Shown: in pieces, positions 10,876 to 20,578 of the stretch | How positions within the stretch are numbered: the first letter of the stretch is position 1 | Layout: each line of letters opens with the position of its first letter | Virus record (IMG/VR): IMGVR_UViG_3300031509_000001 | Coordinates: 2,136-66,135 of that record | DNA length: 64,000 bases | Direction: 5' to 3' (one strand) | Source: a virus | Lineage: Duplodnaviria > Caudoviricetes | Notes under the pieces: model-generated | Seen by the model: the letters and a program-made list of their open reading frames with translations, nothing else | What the model was told of the DNA's origin: nothing | Databases searched by the model: none | Translations under genes and position numbers: made by a program

Positions 10876-11706
10876 ATGAAGACACACGCGCGCGCATCGC
10901 AACGCGCAACGTCAACAACTAAAACGATTGTATGCGTAAGCGATCTGCATGTCGGGTCGAGGCTGGCTCTGTGCCCCAAGAAGCTGAGCCTGAAACAGGG
11001 GGGCGAGTAAAGCCCCTCAAGGGCTCAGCTTGCGCTGTATGAGGTTTGGGCCAAGCTGGCCGAACAATGGCGGAGGCCTGACATCTTGGTTTGTTGCGGC
11101 GATGCGATCGACGGACAAGGGACCAAAACGCGCGGGACAGAACAGTGGTCCACTGACCTGGAAGACCAGTTGTTCGCTGCTGCAGACCTGCTGCGGATGT
11201 TCAAGGCTGACAAGGTACTGCTGATCAACGGCACCGGCTATCACGTAGACGCAGGCGGTCGTCCCTTGGAATCTATCCTTGGCGAGCTTATCAGCGCTGA
11301 AGTTGTGGGGCCTTACGGCTCACGCAGCGCTGAGGAGATTTTCCTGCGCATCGGAGGCAAAACATTCCATTTTGCCCACCACATTGAGATTGGGAGCGGT
11401 TGGTACAAAACCACTCCTTTAGCCAGAGAGCTGGTCTTCGCATTATTGAATGAGACCAGCAAGCACCGCGTGGACGTCGTCCTACGAGGTCACGTCCACT
11501 ACTTTGTGGGCGTGGAGTTCAGTCGTCAGCGGGGTTACATCGTGCCCTGCTGGCAGATGCAGACCAGGTACATGATTCGGAGGGGCCCGTTCAGGATGGT
11601 GCCTGAATTTGGTGCTCTGCGTTTTGGCGTTAAGGATGGATCGATCAATGTCCAAAAGTTCATCTTCAAACTCGAAGAAACCAAGCCTCAAGTCATACAG
11701 CTCTGA
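10876..11706 (+). pseudogene. calcineurin-like metallophosphoesterase interrupted by an in-frame TAA (11008-11010)
   Basis: SDLHVG lies before the stop; CGDAIDG, GTGYH, FAHH and RGHVH follow in the same frame. Confidence 0.8.
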
Positions 11707-11995
11707 CATCACGCTGGAACGCGTGATTCGGCTGCTACGGCCTGATAAGCCTGTCTTGCCTCAGCGTAAATGCGCCCAGTGTCTTACGGGCCCGGAGTGG
11801 GCGGAGCTGTGGGGCATTGGGATCAACACCGCCAGGAAGATCATCCGACGTTTACTGGGCTTGCACTACTTGAAGCGCGGGATTAAGCGCGTGCATGCAA
11901 TCAATGGTATGCTTCTGACCGTGACGTGCTACGAGCCCACTAATCTTTTGCGGCGCTCGGCAAGTATCACCCAGAAGCAAAATGCCAAAGACTAG
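11648..11995 (+). CDS. winged-HTH-like protein
   Basis: LTGPEWAELWGIGINTARKIIRRLL...LKRG pattern; overlaps the end of the phosphoesterase gene. Confidence 0.6.
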   Translation: MSKSSSSNSKKPSLKSYSSDITLERVIRLLRPDKPVLPQRKCAQCLTGPEWAELWGIGINTARKIIRRLLGLHYLKRGIKRVHAINGMLLTVTCYEPTNLLRRSASITQKQNAKD

Positions 11996-12300
11996 GGCTT
12001 GGTCTTCTCTTTCTCTTCTGGGCGCTGGGTGGGGCCACCAGAGGACAGCATGCGGCGCGCGATGGCGTCCAGCGCGTCGTCTTCTGCCAGCGCGGCGATC
12101 GCTTTCACAAATTCCCACGTTTCCCTGGTCGGCTTGTAGTTTTGGCTCAAGTCCATGTGATAACGCATGACCAGTTTGGTTCTAACCTGCTCCCACGCCT
12201 CATCGGCTTCGGTAACAGCGCTGATCTTCCGCAGTACTCGCTGCACTTCGTCCGGGCTTTTGAAGCCTGCTGCTCGCAATGCGTTAGGGACTTTCGTCAT
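11992..12300 (-). CDS. hypothetical protein
   Basis: Last gene of the leftward operon; GGAGG upstream of the ATG. Confidence 0.6.
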   Translation of the reverse strand: MTKVPNALRAAGFKSPDEVQRVLRKISAVTEADEAWEQVRTKLVMRYHMDLSQNYKPTRETWEFVKAIAALAEDDALDAIARRMLSSGGPTQRPEEKEKTKP

Positions 12301-12517
12301 CCTGAATCACCTCCACCGTGATGTACGGGGCATCTCCGCCCCAGTGTTTGGTCAGTTCTCCAACCGATTCATACACCGGTAGAAAACCGACCGAACCATT
12401 CCGTCTTAGGTCATACTTGAGAGCTGTGATACCCGCCGGCCAGTCGACAATGACCGAGGACCATTTCATTATGAGCATGGGGATGTAGACTTTTTTGCCA
12501 GAAGTTTTCTTAGCCAT
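12284..12517 (-). CDS. hypothetical protein
   Basis: MAKKTSGKK start with GGAG RBS. Confidence 0.55.
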   Translation of the reverse strand: MAKKTSGKKVYIPMLIMKWSSVIVDWPAGITALKYDLRRNGSVGFLPVYESVGELTKHWGGDAPYITVEVIQDDESP

Positions 12518-12546
12518 AGAAAGCACTCCGGGTCTATCGCGCCCAC

Positions 12547-12735
12547 TCACGCCCCTGCTTCCGTTTGTCCGCCGCGGGGCTGGGGTGCCCCAGCAGCAGA
12601 AAGTCTTGCCCGGCAGGCCCGCTTCACTCGGACGCGGATGGCGGCACAGAACCGGCAAATGCAGCCAGCCGGATGCCCGACAACCTTATGAGCCCGCCTC
12701 CGAGCCCAGCGATCTACTTGGCCTGTAGTGATCAT
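12547..12735 (-). CDS. small hypothetical protein with possible Zn site
   Basis: HPAGCICRFC motif; fits operon packing. Confidence 0.45.
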   Translation of the reverse strand: MITTGQVDRWARRRAHKVVGHPAGCICRFCAAIRVRVKRACRARLSAAGAPQPRGGQTEAGA

Positions 12736-12738
12736 GGC

Positions 12739-13128
12739 TTATAAATCCATCGGGAGTTGCAGAGAATCTGTTGGTTCATTCCTTGCATTCTTCTGGGGCC
12801 TTCGGCGTTCTTTCTGCGCTTTAACGTGGGTTGCCCAGCGCTTGTTGATGACCTCCAGCGCCTTGGCTGCCGGAGGTACCTGCGCCCAGAATTGCCCAAA
12901 CAGCATGAAATTTACCATTACGCAAGCCGTTACGGGGTCTTCATGGCCGGGGGTGAAGCCACCGCGGATGCCCGACGGGCCAGTCAACGTAACCTGGTAG
13001 CCATCATCCTCCCATGACCCTCCGCCTGCTTCGACAACCTTGCGAAAGACCTCCAAGGTGCTTCTGTCGTTAGCTGCGATGGCCCAGGCGTAATCAGCCA
13101 GACGTTCTGCAAGATCACTGTGGTTCAT
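12739..13128 (-). CDS. hypothetical protein
   Basis: 129 aa, operon packing; C-terminal QLPMDL resembles a beta-clamp-binding motif. Confidence 0.6.
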   Translation of the reverse strand: MNHSDLAERLADYAWAIAANDRSTLEVFRKVVEAGGGSWEDDGYQVTLTGPSGIRGGFTPGHEDPVTACVMVNFMLFGQFWAQVPPAAKALEVINKRWATHVKAQKERRRPQKNARNEPTDSLQLPMDL

Positions 13129-13157
13129 AGAAATTTAAGTGCCTGGAACCCCAGATT

Positions 13158-13613
13158 TCAGTCTGGGGTGGTTGACAAGAATTTAATGACAACAGATGTC
13201 ATGTTGACATCGGCATACTCTTTGACGACTGCCTGATAGATGATCTGGCTATCATCACGCCAGACCACACCGGTTAGCGCGTCCTCAACGGCCCTCAAGA
13301 GCTTGGTTAGGTCTGGCTTGACGGTCGGATACGCTGGAGCAGAGGACTTCACCGCCCCCCTGGTTGTGTAGTGTGCCTTTGGTCTTCGGAACCTGAAGAC
13401 GATGAAAAGCCTAATCGGCTCAGAACGCGGGACCCAGCCTGACGGCAATGCACTCCGGGCCGCCTCTTGTACCATGGCCATCCACAGTCGCCCCCTCTCT
13501 CCTGTGTTGTCTGATACAGCAACGCCCAAGGAGCCATCCTTGCGACGAATGGGGAAGGCTCGTTTACTACCGCGCGGTACCGGTTTGCCTGCCACGTCGA
13601 ACTTGATGATCAT
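13158..13613 (-). CDS. rusA: RusA-family Holliday junction resolvase
   Basis: GKPVPRGSKR, FRRPKAH, KPDLTKLLRAVEDALTGVVWRDDSQI. Confidence 0.93.
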   Translation of the reverse strand: MIIKFDVAGKPVPRGSKRAFPIRRKDGSLGVAVSDNTGERGRLWMAMVQEAARSALPSGWVPRSEPIRLFIVFRFRRPKAHYTTRGAVKSSAPAYPTVKPDLTKLLRAVEDALTGVVWRDDSQIIYQAVVKEYADVNMTSVVIKFLSTTPD

Positions 13614-13644
13614 ATGCCACAAGTGTCAAGGTAGTGGGTTAAAG

Positions 13645-14469
13645 TTAAAGAAACAGCAACGCCTGTGTGTTGATCTGTTCTAGAGCCAGCCGGGCGTATC
13701 CCGACGAAAGGACGTGCATGTCTACAGCATACTCAGGTTCTAGGCAGCGAATGGCTCGCTCGAAACACTTGGCTCGAACTGCGGTTTGAATGTTGAAGGC
13801 AGTGCTTAACCCTACCATCGCTGATGGACTCCAGCGGTTACTGCAGTCTATGGATATGTCCGCCCTACATTTGGCACTCATCGACGGAGGGTAGAATTGG
13901 ATAATGCAAATACCGCGACGCACAGCCTTGCTCCACGACTTCCAGCTATTATAGAGTAGCTGCAACATGTTCTTATCAGTGGCAATCGTTAGCACTGGCT
14001 CGTCATCATAGCAATACCGTATTTGGCACTCATTGCAAATGGGGCGCGTTAAGATAGCTTGAATGGGTTCTGTATTACTTTTGCAGGGCCTACCATCTGC
14101 TAGTGGGGCAAGCCGAACTCGCGCATCCCTATCCTGAGAATTCAACCTAAATATGGTGATTTTAATGTTGTTTCCGCATCCCATCAATGCGTCCAGCGTT
14201 CTGAACAGATGGATGGGGCGCATTCTGACAGCTTTCGGCCTGTTCTTTGCTGGCGGGGCTGCGTTTATGGCAGGACTATCAAGGGCCACCATTAGCCCGG
14301 GCTCTAGATATAGAACACAACGCAACGTGCGCTCGTATTCATCACCACGCGCATACAGCCATAGCTCATCATATTCGCCAGGATCGTAGCCTGTCAAAAT
14401 GTCTGACAGGCGCGCGTGCAGGCGCTGTGCTTGCGTGGCGTCAATTGTGATGGATGCTATTGGTTTCAT
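13645..14469 (-). CDS. hypothetical protein with possible two-domain sliding-clamp fold
   Basis: Start MKPIASITID with GGAG RBS, 274 aa; repeated beta-alpha-beta-beta-beta pattern (see findings). Confidence 0.45.
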   Translation of the reverse strand: MKPIASITIDATQAQRLHARLSDILTGYDPGEYDELWLYARGDEYERTLRCVLYLEPGLMVALDSPAINAAPPAKNRPKAVRMRPIHLFRTLDALMGCGNNIKITIFRLNSQDRDARVRLAPLADGRPCKSNTEPIQAILTRPICNECQIRYCYDDEPVLTIATDKNMLQLLYNSWKSWSKAVRRGICIIQFYPPSMSAKCRADISIDCSNRWSPSAMVGLSTAFNIQTAVRAKCFERAIRCLEPEYAVDMHVLSSGYARLALEQINTQALLFL

Positions 14470-14650
14470 GCCGGCACTCCTGATCTTTGTCTGGCCGCTT
14501 GTAGGGACATGGATCGTTAATGTGCCACGCGCCACAAGTCTTGCATCGCGTCAAGCTCAGCAGGATGATCATGGACGCCATGACTATGACCCAGGCCAGG
14601 AATATGGCTAATGCCACGAACTCCAGGATGTCGAGTAGTGTTGCGATCAT
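14441..14650 (-). CDS. small membrane protein with C-terminal CxxC
   Basis: Long hydrophobic N-terminus followed by CKTCGAWH; GGAG RBS. Confidence 0.55.
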   Translation of the reverse strand: MIATLLDILEFVALAIFLAWVIVMASMIILLSLTRCKTCGAWHINDPCPYKRPDKDQECRHETNSIHHN

Positions 14651-14653
14651 AAC

Positions 14654-15079
14654 TCATTCTCCGGTTTGGATTTCACGGATCAAACGTATACGACTGCATA
14701 GCCGTAGTCCCCACATCACATCCCGCACCATAGGGGACAGGAGATCGCTCAAGTGCAGATAGTCACCATCACGTGTCCAGCCAAATACGGGTTCAAGGTT
14801 GTAGCAGAGAGTCCTTGCTCTGCGCAGCTTTTCACGCCATGGCTCATATTCACACACATACATGCTGAGTTTCTGGCAATTCACTCCGATATAACGACTC
14901 ATGAGATCCGCAAATTTGGCCGCCTGATCAGCCGTAGCATAGCAGAACAGTGGCCCGCAGCCAGGCTGTGGCTCGATCCATTGGCCCACGGGGTACGTCA
15001 GGGCTGAAGATTCCGGCGCAAACGGACTGTAGAGCAGGCCGCGCATTCCTTCCATGACGATTTTATAGCCGAGCCTCAT
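14654..15079 (-). CDS. hypothetical phage protein
   Basis: Start MRLGYKIV with GGAG RBS; YPVGQWIEP...GPLFCY motif seen in small phage proteins. Confidence 0.6.
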   Translation of the reverse strand: MRLGYKIVMEGMRGLLYSPFAPESSALTYPVGQWIEPQPGCGPLFCYATADQAAKFADLMSRYIGVNCQKLSMYVCEYEPWREKLRRARTLCYNLEPVFGWTRDGDYLHLSDLLSPMVRDVMWGLRLCSRIRLIREIQTGE

Positions 15080-15116
15080 GTCGATTGCTCCGGATGGCGA
15101 TTGCCCTGGCCAATGT

Positions 15117-15455
15117 TTACGCAGGCTGCCATAGCGTCGAGCCATCAAAACAAACCATCATCTTCCCATGAGCGTCTGGCGGAATAGGCATCGTGTCGTA
15201 GTGACGTCGAGCCTCATCCTTCTTGTCCCAGACACCTCTGCACTCGAACGTGTATCCTGTAGGGATTTTGTAAACCACGCCAACAACGCAGGGGGTCGTT
15301 TGTGGAATCATCTTGCGAATCAGCGTGGCCACAAGATGCAGGTATGCCGTCTCAATCGGCCCTGAGGCCCGCAGCAAGGCAATATCCTGCGTTCCTGGTT
15401 CAGATCCTGTTCTGACCAGGGCTGCGTGATCGTCACGTGTTACTACGCGAAACAT
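15117..15455 (-). CDS. hypothetical protein
   Basis: 112 aa, operon packing. Confidence 0.5.
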   Translation of the reverse strand: MFRVVTRDDHAALVRTGSEPGTQDIALLRASGPIETAYLHLVATLIRKMIPQTTPCVVGVVYKIPTGYTFECRGVWDKKDEARRHYDTMPIPPDAHGKMMVCFDGSTLWQPA

Positions 15456-15464
15456 ATGTATTGC

Positions 15465-16034
15465 CTACTGCTGGCTTTGCGTGACGGGAACACCGTGAAC
15501 GTAATTCAGCGCCTCTGCAATTTCGCTTGCAATCTTGAGCGCGGTCGGATCATTGGGATCGGACGACGGGCGATACACGGTGCACACATATTCACGTTCA
15601 GCGGATGAACGACTTTCCTTCCATACTACAGCGTACCATTCTCCATCTGATTCCACGCGCTCAGCGACGAAACAATACTCCGGCGCAAGTTCTTTGGCCT
15701 GTATTTCAGCTTCCACAAGCACGCGTGCCCAGCCGCGCAATCCCCAGCCAGGTTGTTTCATGTAGATTCTTTGGAGCTGGAACCCTCTAAGCGCCGAACA
15801 CTTCGGGCTGGCCAGCTCACGCACAATCCTTTGTCGCAATACCGGCTGTAGCACGGGTTGACCCGTCTGTTCATCAATCTCAATAGGATCGTAGAAACGG
15901 CGGCGGACAGGAGTTAGCGACGCCTGTGCCTGTGGCTGCAGCAGCGGCACCTGCAGGCCGCGCTCGAACATTTTGGCAATATCACGGTCGGCAGGCGTGT
16001 TGGGCCCTTGCTCTGGGATCGCGGGTTCACTCAT
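15465..16034 (-). CDS. hypothetical protein
   Basis: 189 aa, immediately downstream of dnaN. Confidence 0.6.
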   Translation of the reverse strand: MSEPAIPEQGPNTPADRDIAKMFERGLQVPLLQPQAQASLTPVRRRFYDPIEIDEQTGQPVLQPVLRQRIVRELASPKCSALRGFQLQRIYMKQPGWGLRGWARVLVEAEIQAKELAPEYCFVAERVESDGEWYAVVWKESRSSAEREYVCTVYRPSSDPNDPTALKIASEIAEALNYVHGVPVTQSQQ

Positions 16035-16058
16035 AGTACACGCAATGATGAGATAACA

Positions 16059-17273
16059 TCACACATTCTTCATCAAAGGCATAATGTAGCAGCACTGCTG
16101 GTTCTGGCTGTCGACAAAAAAGACGGGCCAGGTGTCCCCATATACCTCAATGCGAATGGTCTCATCGCCCGTCACATCCAGGTAATCCAGCACATACTGG
16201 GGGTTGATGCGGACTTCTATCTTTTCCCCCTCATATGAGAGTGTTTTCACTCGCTCTGAAGCTCGGCCATACATGTGGCCAACGGATCGAATTCCGATGG
16301 TCTGGCCGAATGTCATGAAGATGCCGAAGGCCAACGGATCACGCGCCATTAAAGACGCACGCTGAACCGCCTTCAGCAAATCGGATCGATTCACGGTAAG
16401 CTGTGCTTTCACTGTCATGTCCTTGAGAAGCTTGCTGTAGTCAGGGTACTCATAATCAATCAGCTTGGCCTTTAGGCTGAGGCTTCCCACGCCGCGACAT
16501 TCAGAGCACTCCATGACAATGTGATCGTTATCCAGCGTCAGGTGCACCATACTGTCTTTCCGCGTCGCCAGCGTTAGAGAGTGAATCAGCAGGTCAGCGG
16601 CAAGTTCTGGCACTACATAGCACAGCACGCCCTTAGTAGTGCGGTCAATCTTCTTGTTGACCAGCGCAAGTCGTTTGCCGTCTGTCGATACCAGGCGCAA
16701 TGTCTCATCCTGGAACTCAAACAGTATGGACTGCAGCACATATCGACTCTCTTTGTTTGTAGCTACGGCATAACGTGTTCCCCGCAACATGCGAATCCAT
16801 TCTTCCGCGGCAAAACTCACAGTTATGTATGGCTTAGTCGGCAGAGGAGCATTCGTGTTGTACCAACTTCCGTCTACACTGGCCATGTCAGCCGGAAAAT
16901 CTTCTGGATTCGGCGTATCCAGGCAGTATTCCAGGTCTTCAGCTACCAGCATGACCTGGTTATCAGCCACCCAGGATATGTGTGTCTTCTCCTGATGCAT
17001 CAGCCTTACTAAAGGCATAGCGGTAATCATCGGCAGCAGCACATCCCGCGCTTTGTCCTCGTTGACCTTGCACGGGATTTCCACTGCCATGCGCGCGTCC
17101 AGCCCGGTGCAACAAATTTCTAGAATCCCAGGATAACCTGGGTTTCCGCTAGGTTTTTGCAACACCCGCGCGCGCGCGCATAACAGCGCCGGCGTGATTG
17201 CTCCCTTGGGCACCGCCGGAGCTACAATTGACAACGCCTCTCGCAATGCCTTGGTTTCAACGGTAACGTTCAT
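16059..17273 (-). CDS. dnaN: DNA polymerase III beta sliding clamp
   Basis: Start MNVTVETKALREAL; motifs ESRYVLQSILFE, LVSTDGKRLAL, KLIDYEYPDY, INPQYVLDYL, YIMPL; 404 aa. Confidence 0.93.
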   Translation of the reverse strand: MNVTVETKALREALSIVAPAVPKGAITPALLCARARVLQKPSGNPGYPGILEICCTGLDARMAVEIPCKVNEDKARDVLLPMITAMPLVRLMHQEKTHISWVADNQVMLVAEDLEYCLDTPNPEDFPADMASVDGSWYNTNAPLPTKPYITVSFAAEEWIRMLRGTRYAVATNKESRYVLQSILFEFQDETLRLVSTDGKRLALVNKKIDRTTKGVLCYVVPELAADLLIHSLTLATRKDSMVHLTLDNDHIVMECSECRGVGSLSLKAKLIDYEYPDYSKLLKDMTVKAQLTVNRSDLLKAVQRASLMARDPLAFGIFMTFGQTIGIRSVGHMYGRASERVKTLSYEGEKIEVRINPQYVLDYLDVTGDETIRIEVYGDTWPVFFVDSQNQQCCYIMPLMKNV

Positions 17274-17284
17274 AGCTACGCCCC

Positions 17285-17497
17285 CTATGCAAACAGTTCG
17301 TACATGATTCTTTGCCAATACAGCCGCGGTATTCCATTCACAACCTGTGTTGTGACTTCCCACAACCGCGGCTGTAAACCGGTGTGTGATGCAGCCGCCA
17401 TGCAAGCCACATCGAGATTGGTAAAGTAGTACTTGAACAGGACCCGCGGGCAATCTGAGGGCACCTCCAAGATGTAGTAGGAATGTGTGGGGTTCAT
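17285..17497 (-). CDS. small hypothetical protein
   Basis: 70 aa filling the gap between lysozyme and dnaN. Confidence 0.45.
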   Translation of the reverse strand: MNPTHSYYILEVPSDCPRVLFKYYFTNLDVACMAAASHTGLQPRLWEVTTQVVNGIPRLYWQRIMYELFA

Positions 17498-17510
17498 AGA
17501 GCACTACGGG

Positions 17511-17888
17511 TTATTTCAGTGCATTCAGCGCACTCTTGACCTTCTTCCAATAGACCAGCGTTGCCGGTTTTAGGTGCCCTTGTGGCCCCCCGTTATGCAC
17601 ACGGGCCACCATTTCCGCATTGGTCAGCGGCACCTTGTGCCTAATCATGTAGGCGCGCATGATGCGCTTGCTGCCTTCCAGTGTCCAACGCATGTCGGGC
17701 GTGATTCCCGGATCTACATCTTGCGCATCCCTGACATAGGCCATGTGGATTTGCGCAGGGCCGATAGCCTTGCCATTATCACCTACAGCCTTCAGATTGC
17801 CGCCAGATTCCACCTGCACAATGGCCCTAAAGATGCGGTCAAACGCGGCTTCTTCTTTTGGGTTCAATTGAATGGTCTTATCACTCAT
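17511..17888 (-). CDS. lysozyme-like muramidase (invertebrate/destabilase-type motifs)
   Basis: AIVQVESGG, GPAQIHMAYVRDA, ARVHNGGPQG, TLVYWKKV. Confidence 0.8.
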   Translation of the reverse strand: MSDKTIQLNPKEEAAFDRIFRAIVQVESGGNLKAVGDNGKAIGPAQIHMAYVRDAQDVDPGITPDMRWTLEGSKRIMRAYMIRHKVPLTNAEMVARVHNGGPQGHLKPATLVYWKKVKSALNALK

Positions 17889-19179
17889 TGCTGAGTTCTC
17901 CTATTGGCAAGTCATTTGATTCTTCCGTAGTATAGAGATTGAGAGACGGCTTGCGCGCGCCTTTGAGTTTCAGCAACCGCGGTGTGCCATCCCCGCTCTC
18001 TCTCAGACAATGGCCAATGGCACTGGCAATGTAATCGCGCGCTTCGCCTTCAGACATTTCAAATGCCATGGCGATCTCTTTCACCAGAGAGCTTACAGAC
18101 ATGTTGCAGCAGCGGAGCAACACCTCTTCTCCAAGCCCGCGATCGCGCAACACATTGAACGCGGTTACGGTGTCAGTAATCTGTTCGCGTTTTGCGGGCG
18201 GCGCTTTTCTCCAACCGAGTTCTTCCAGCTCGTCATCTGAGAGAGACAGCAACACGGATTTCGCCCCCTCAATCATGGCCTCAAGATCACTGCGGTAATG
18301 CATAATGATGCTGGCCAAACGCGGGTTTGACTGCAGCATGGCCCGGCTCGATTCCTGTCCTGCACCCAAAAGGAACCCTTGCAGCCTGGCTACACAAACG
18401 TGCTTGGCCTGGCACCACTTGCAATGCCAGCCAGCGATGAGGGTGGTGTCATCATCCATGGCGGCCATGAACAGCGCCTTCACCGTCATGGTCTTGCTCA
18501 CAACCGTTTCATGCCCAATCCAGTCTGAGTCTTCACACTCAATTGGGCCTTCTAGGTTGTACAGCGGGATTTTAATGTAGACCAGCCGGGCGCGTCGAAC
18601 CTGCGATACATCTCCGGATAAATACTGGTCAATGTAACCAGTTACTGCGGCCCACATCTGCCATGATTTGTCCGCAGTTTCCCCGATATCCTCCAGCATG
18701 GATCGATGTGGCTGTTGGATTGTCTTGTAATCGATCACCAGCAGATCTTTGGTAGACGGGTTGTACCACAGGCAGTCAGCCTTGGCGCTACCGATTTTAC
18801 TACCATTCCAATTGATGAACATGCGATGCTCAACGTACTGCTGAGCATGTTCTTCTGACATTCCGGCTGCATGCGCAACACACAGCATCGCGTTGTAGGC
18901 GTTGATTGCCATGTTGCCCCAGTTAAGCTCGCGTTTGATTCGCTCCACATCGCTCAACCCTTTGGGCATGGGCGGCTCAGGAATCGTTTCTCCGCGGGCA
19001 ATGCATTCAATGGCGGCATGCATGGCCGTTCCATCACGCATCGCATCGGTTTCAGCGCGTGGTACGGTTTCCTGGATCTTCCACGACCCCGGACATTTGG
19101 CAATCAGCCAAAGTCGAGATGCGGATGGAAGGCCGGCTCTCTCATCGACTATAGTGGATTGGAAAGTAGGCGTTTCCAT
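17881..19179 (-). CDS. DUF2800/Cas4-like PD-(D/E)xK exonuclease
   Basis: SASRLW...CPGS, GTAMH, ADC...LVIDYK, WQM, HCKWC...C. Confidence 0.85.
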   Translation of the reverse strand: METPTFQSTIVDERAGLPSASRLWLIAKCPGSWKIQETVPRAETDAMRDGTAMHAAIECIARGETIPEPPMPKGLSDVERIKRELNWGNMAINAYNAMLCVAHAAGMSEEHAQQYVEHRMFINWNGSKIGSAKADCLWYNPSTKDLLVIDYKTIQQPHRSMLEDIGETADKSWQMWAAVTGYIDQYLSGDVSQVRRARLVYIKIPLYNLEGPIECEDSDWIGHETVVSKTMTVKALFMAAMDDDTTLIAGWHCKWCQAKHVCVARLQGFLLGAGQESSRAMLQSNPRLASIIMHYRSDLEAMIEGAKSVLLSLSDDELEELGWRKAPPAKREQITDTVTAFNVLRDRGLGEEVLLRCCNMSVSSLVKEIAMAFEMSEGEARDYIASAIGHCLRESGDGTPRLLKLKGARKPSLNLYTTEESNDLPIGELSNE

Positions 19180-19207
19180 GTCGCTGGCCTCGTAGCTGGC
19201 CGGTTGT

Positions 19208-20509
19208 TCACACTAGCAAATCGTCAATAAAGGTTCCCTGCTCTTCGTTCTTCGGAGCACGCTGTGTCTGCGGTTGTTGAACCGAAACCTTCGGTGCCTG
19301 CGAAGATGTGCTAGCTGCTAGGTTTTTCAGGCCTTCGATCGTAGACGCAGGATCACTTAACAGTGAGTCGAGCCTCGATTCTGGCCACTGCGAAAAATCA
19401 GCGCCCCAGCCGACCTTCTTGGCCGCTTCTGCTAAACCAGTACGGTCAAGCCCCATGGACTGTGCCACAGCCAAAAGCTTCTCAATTTTCTCCGATTTGC
19501 TTAACGGGCGGTCCATATTGGTCTGTTGAACCTGCTTCTGCTGCTGCGACACAGATTGATCAGCAGTGGCTGCAACATTGGCCTTGGCGGCGGCGCCCCT
19601 GGATCGACCACCGGTGGCCCGCGGCTGGCTTTGCTGTTGAGCGACCTTGGGTTCCGGGCCAGCAGGGGATTCCTGTGGCTCTTGCTTTGGCTGAGTGTGC
19701 GTCTCTTGCGACTCAGTTGCGTCAGCCTCCTCGGATACCTCAGTGGCAAACGCTTCCTCAACCGTCATCTCACCATCGCGAATAGCTGCATAAATCCCAC
19801 GCAGCGTGGACAATTGTGCAGGAGTTAGGTTGTCCAGCGATTGCGCCCCGACCACACGGCATGCCACAATCTCTGATACGCCAACACGCCGCAGCCAATC
19901 GCGGATGCCCGCAATGGCCTTTGGCGTTACAGGTTGCTGGCGCTCGATTGCTTGCATTACAGTGTTAACCACAGAACGAGGAATAACGCGAAGAATCGCG
20001 TTCCTCAGCGCCTTGGAAATGGCCACCTGCTGGTAAATGATGCGCAGACGATCGTGGAGCGGTTTTCCATGGCGATCAAGCGTGGGCACGATCACTTCCT
20101 CATTCCCCCACGCATTCGTCTGAACGTCCCAGGCAGAGCCTCGAGCGCGGATGTATTCCGGACGACTCTCAATGACCGTTGCCCACACACGCAGGTTGCC
20201 CCAGTTTTGCATGATAATTTCGGCAAGCCTAATAGAGGGCCCCTTGACCACCTTGGTTTCTCCGCTTTCGCGGTCCCGGTAGCGCAGAGTGTAAACCATG
20301 GACTCCGAATCCATCAGGGCCTCGGCCACAATGGCCTGCATGGCCTTCTGCCGATCGCGCGGATAGGCCTTGGCGGTGGCCACCTGCACGTCAACGGCAG
20401 CCTTCTCAAGGTAGGTCACGATTTCAGGCTGCTGCGCAACTGCGGCAGGCTGGGCCGACATGATTTCGACAGGGTCATCGACGGGTTGAATTTGGTACTG
20501 CTTGGTCAT
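19208..20509 (-). CDS. putative single-strand annealing / recombination protein
   Basis: VQVATAKAYPRD...GPSIRLAEIIMQNWGN motif of a phage family often annotated RecT-like; next to the exonuclease; low-complexity Q/P/A C-terminal half. Confidence 0.65.
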   Translation of the reverse strand: MTKQYQIQPVDDPVEIMSAQPAAVAQQPEIVTYLEKAAVDVQVATAKAYPRDRQKAMQAIVAEALMDSESMVYTLRYRDRESGETKVVKGPSIRLAEIIMQNWGNLRVWATVIESRPEYIRARGSAWDVQTNAWGNEEVIVPTLDRHGKPLHDRLRIIYQQVAISKALRNAILRVIPRSVVNTVMQAIERQQPVTPKAIAGIRDWLRRVGVSEIVACRVVGAQSLDNLTPAQLSTLRGIYAAIRDGEMTVEEAFATEVSEEADATESQETHTQPKQEPQESPAGPEPKVAQQQSQPRATGGRSRGAAAKANVAATADQSVSQQQKQVQQTNMDRPLSKSEKIEKLLAVAQSMGLDRTGLAEAAKKVGWGADFSQWPESRLDSLLSDPASTIEGLKNLAASTSSQAPKVSVQQPQTQRAPKNEEQGTFIDDLLV

Positions 20510-20578
20510 GGCTTTGTTTGTGTTTGTGGTTCCGTCTCTCAATCAGTCTTGCGCACCATCTTTCGCAAGACTGCCGCC

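Noticed and set aside
11008-11010. Genome-wide stop-codon reassignment
   Set aside because: Only one interrupted gene; TAA, TAG and TGA all end other genes normally and no suppressor tRNA is seen.
17274-17504. N-terminal extension of DnaN in the ORF track
   Set aside because: Clamp homology starts at MNVTVET (17273) with its own G-rich RBS; the extension overlaps another small ORF.
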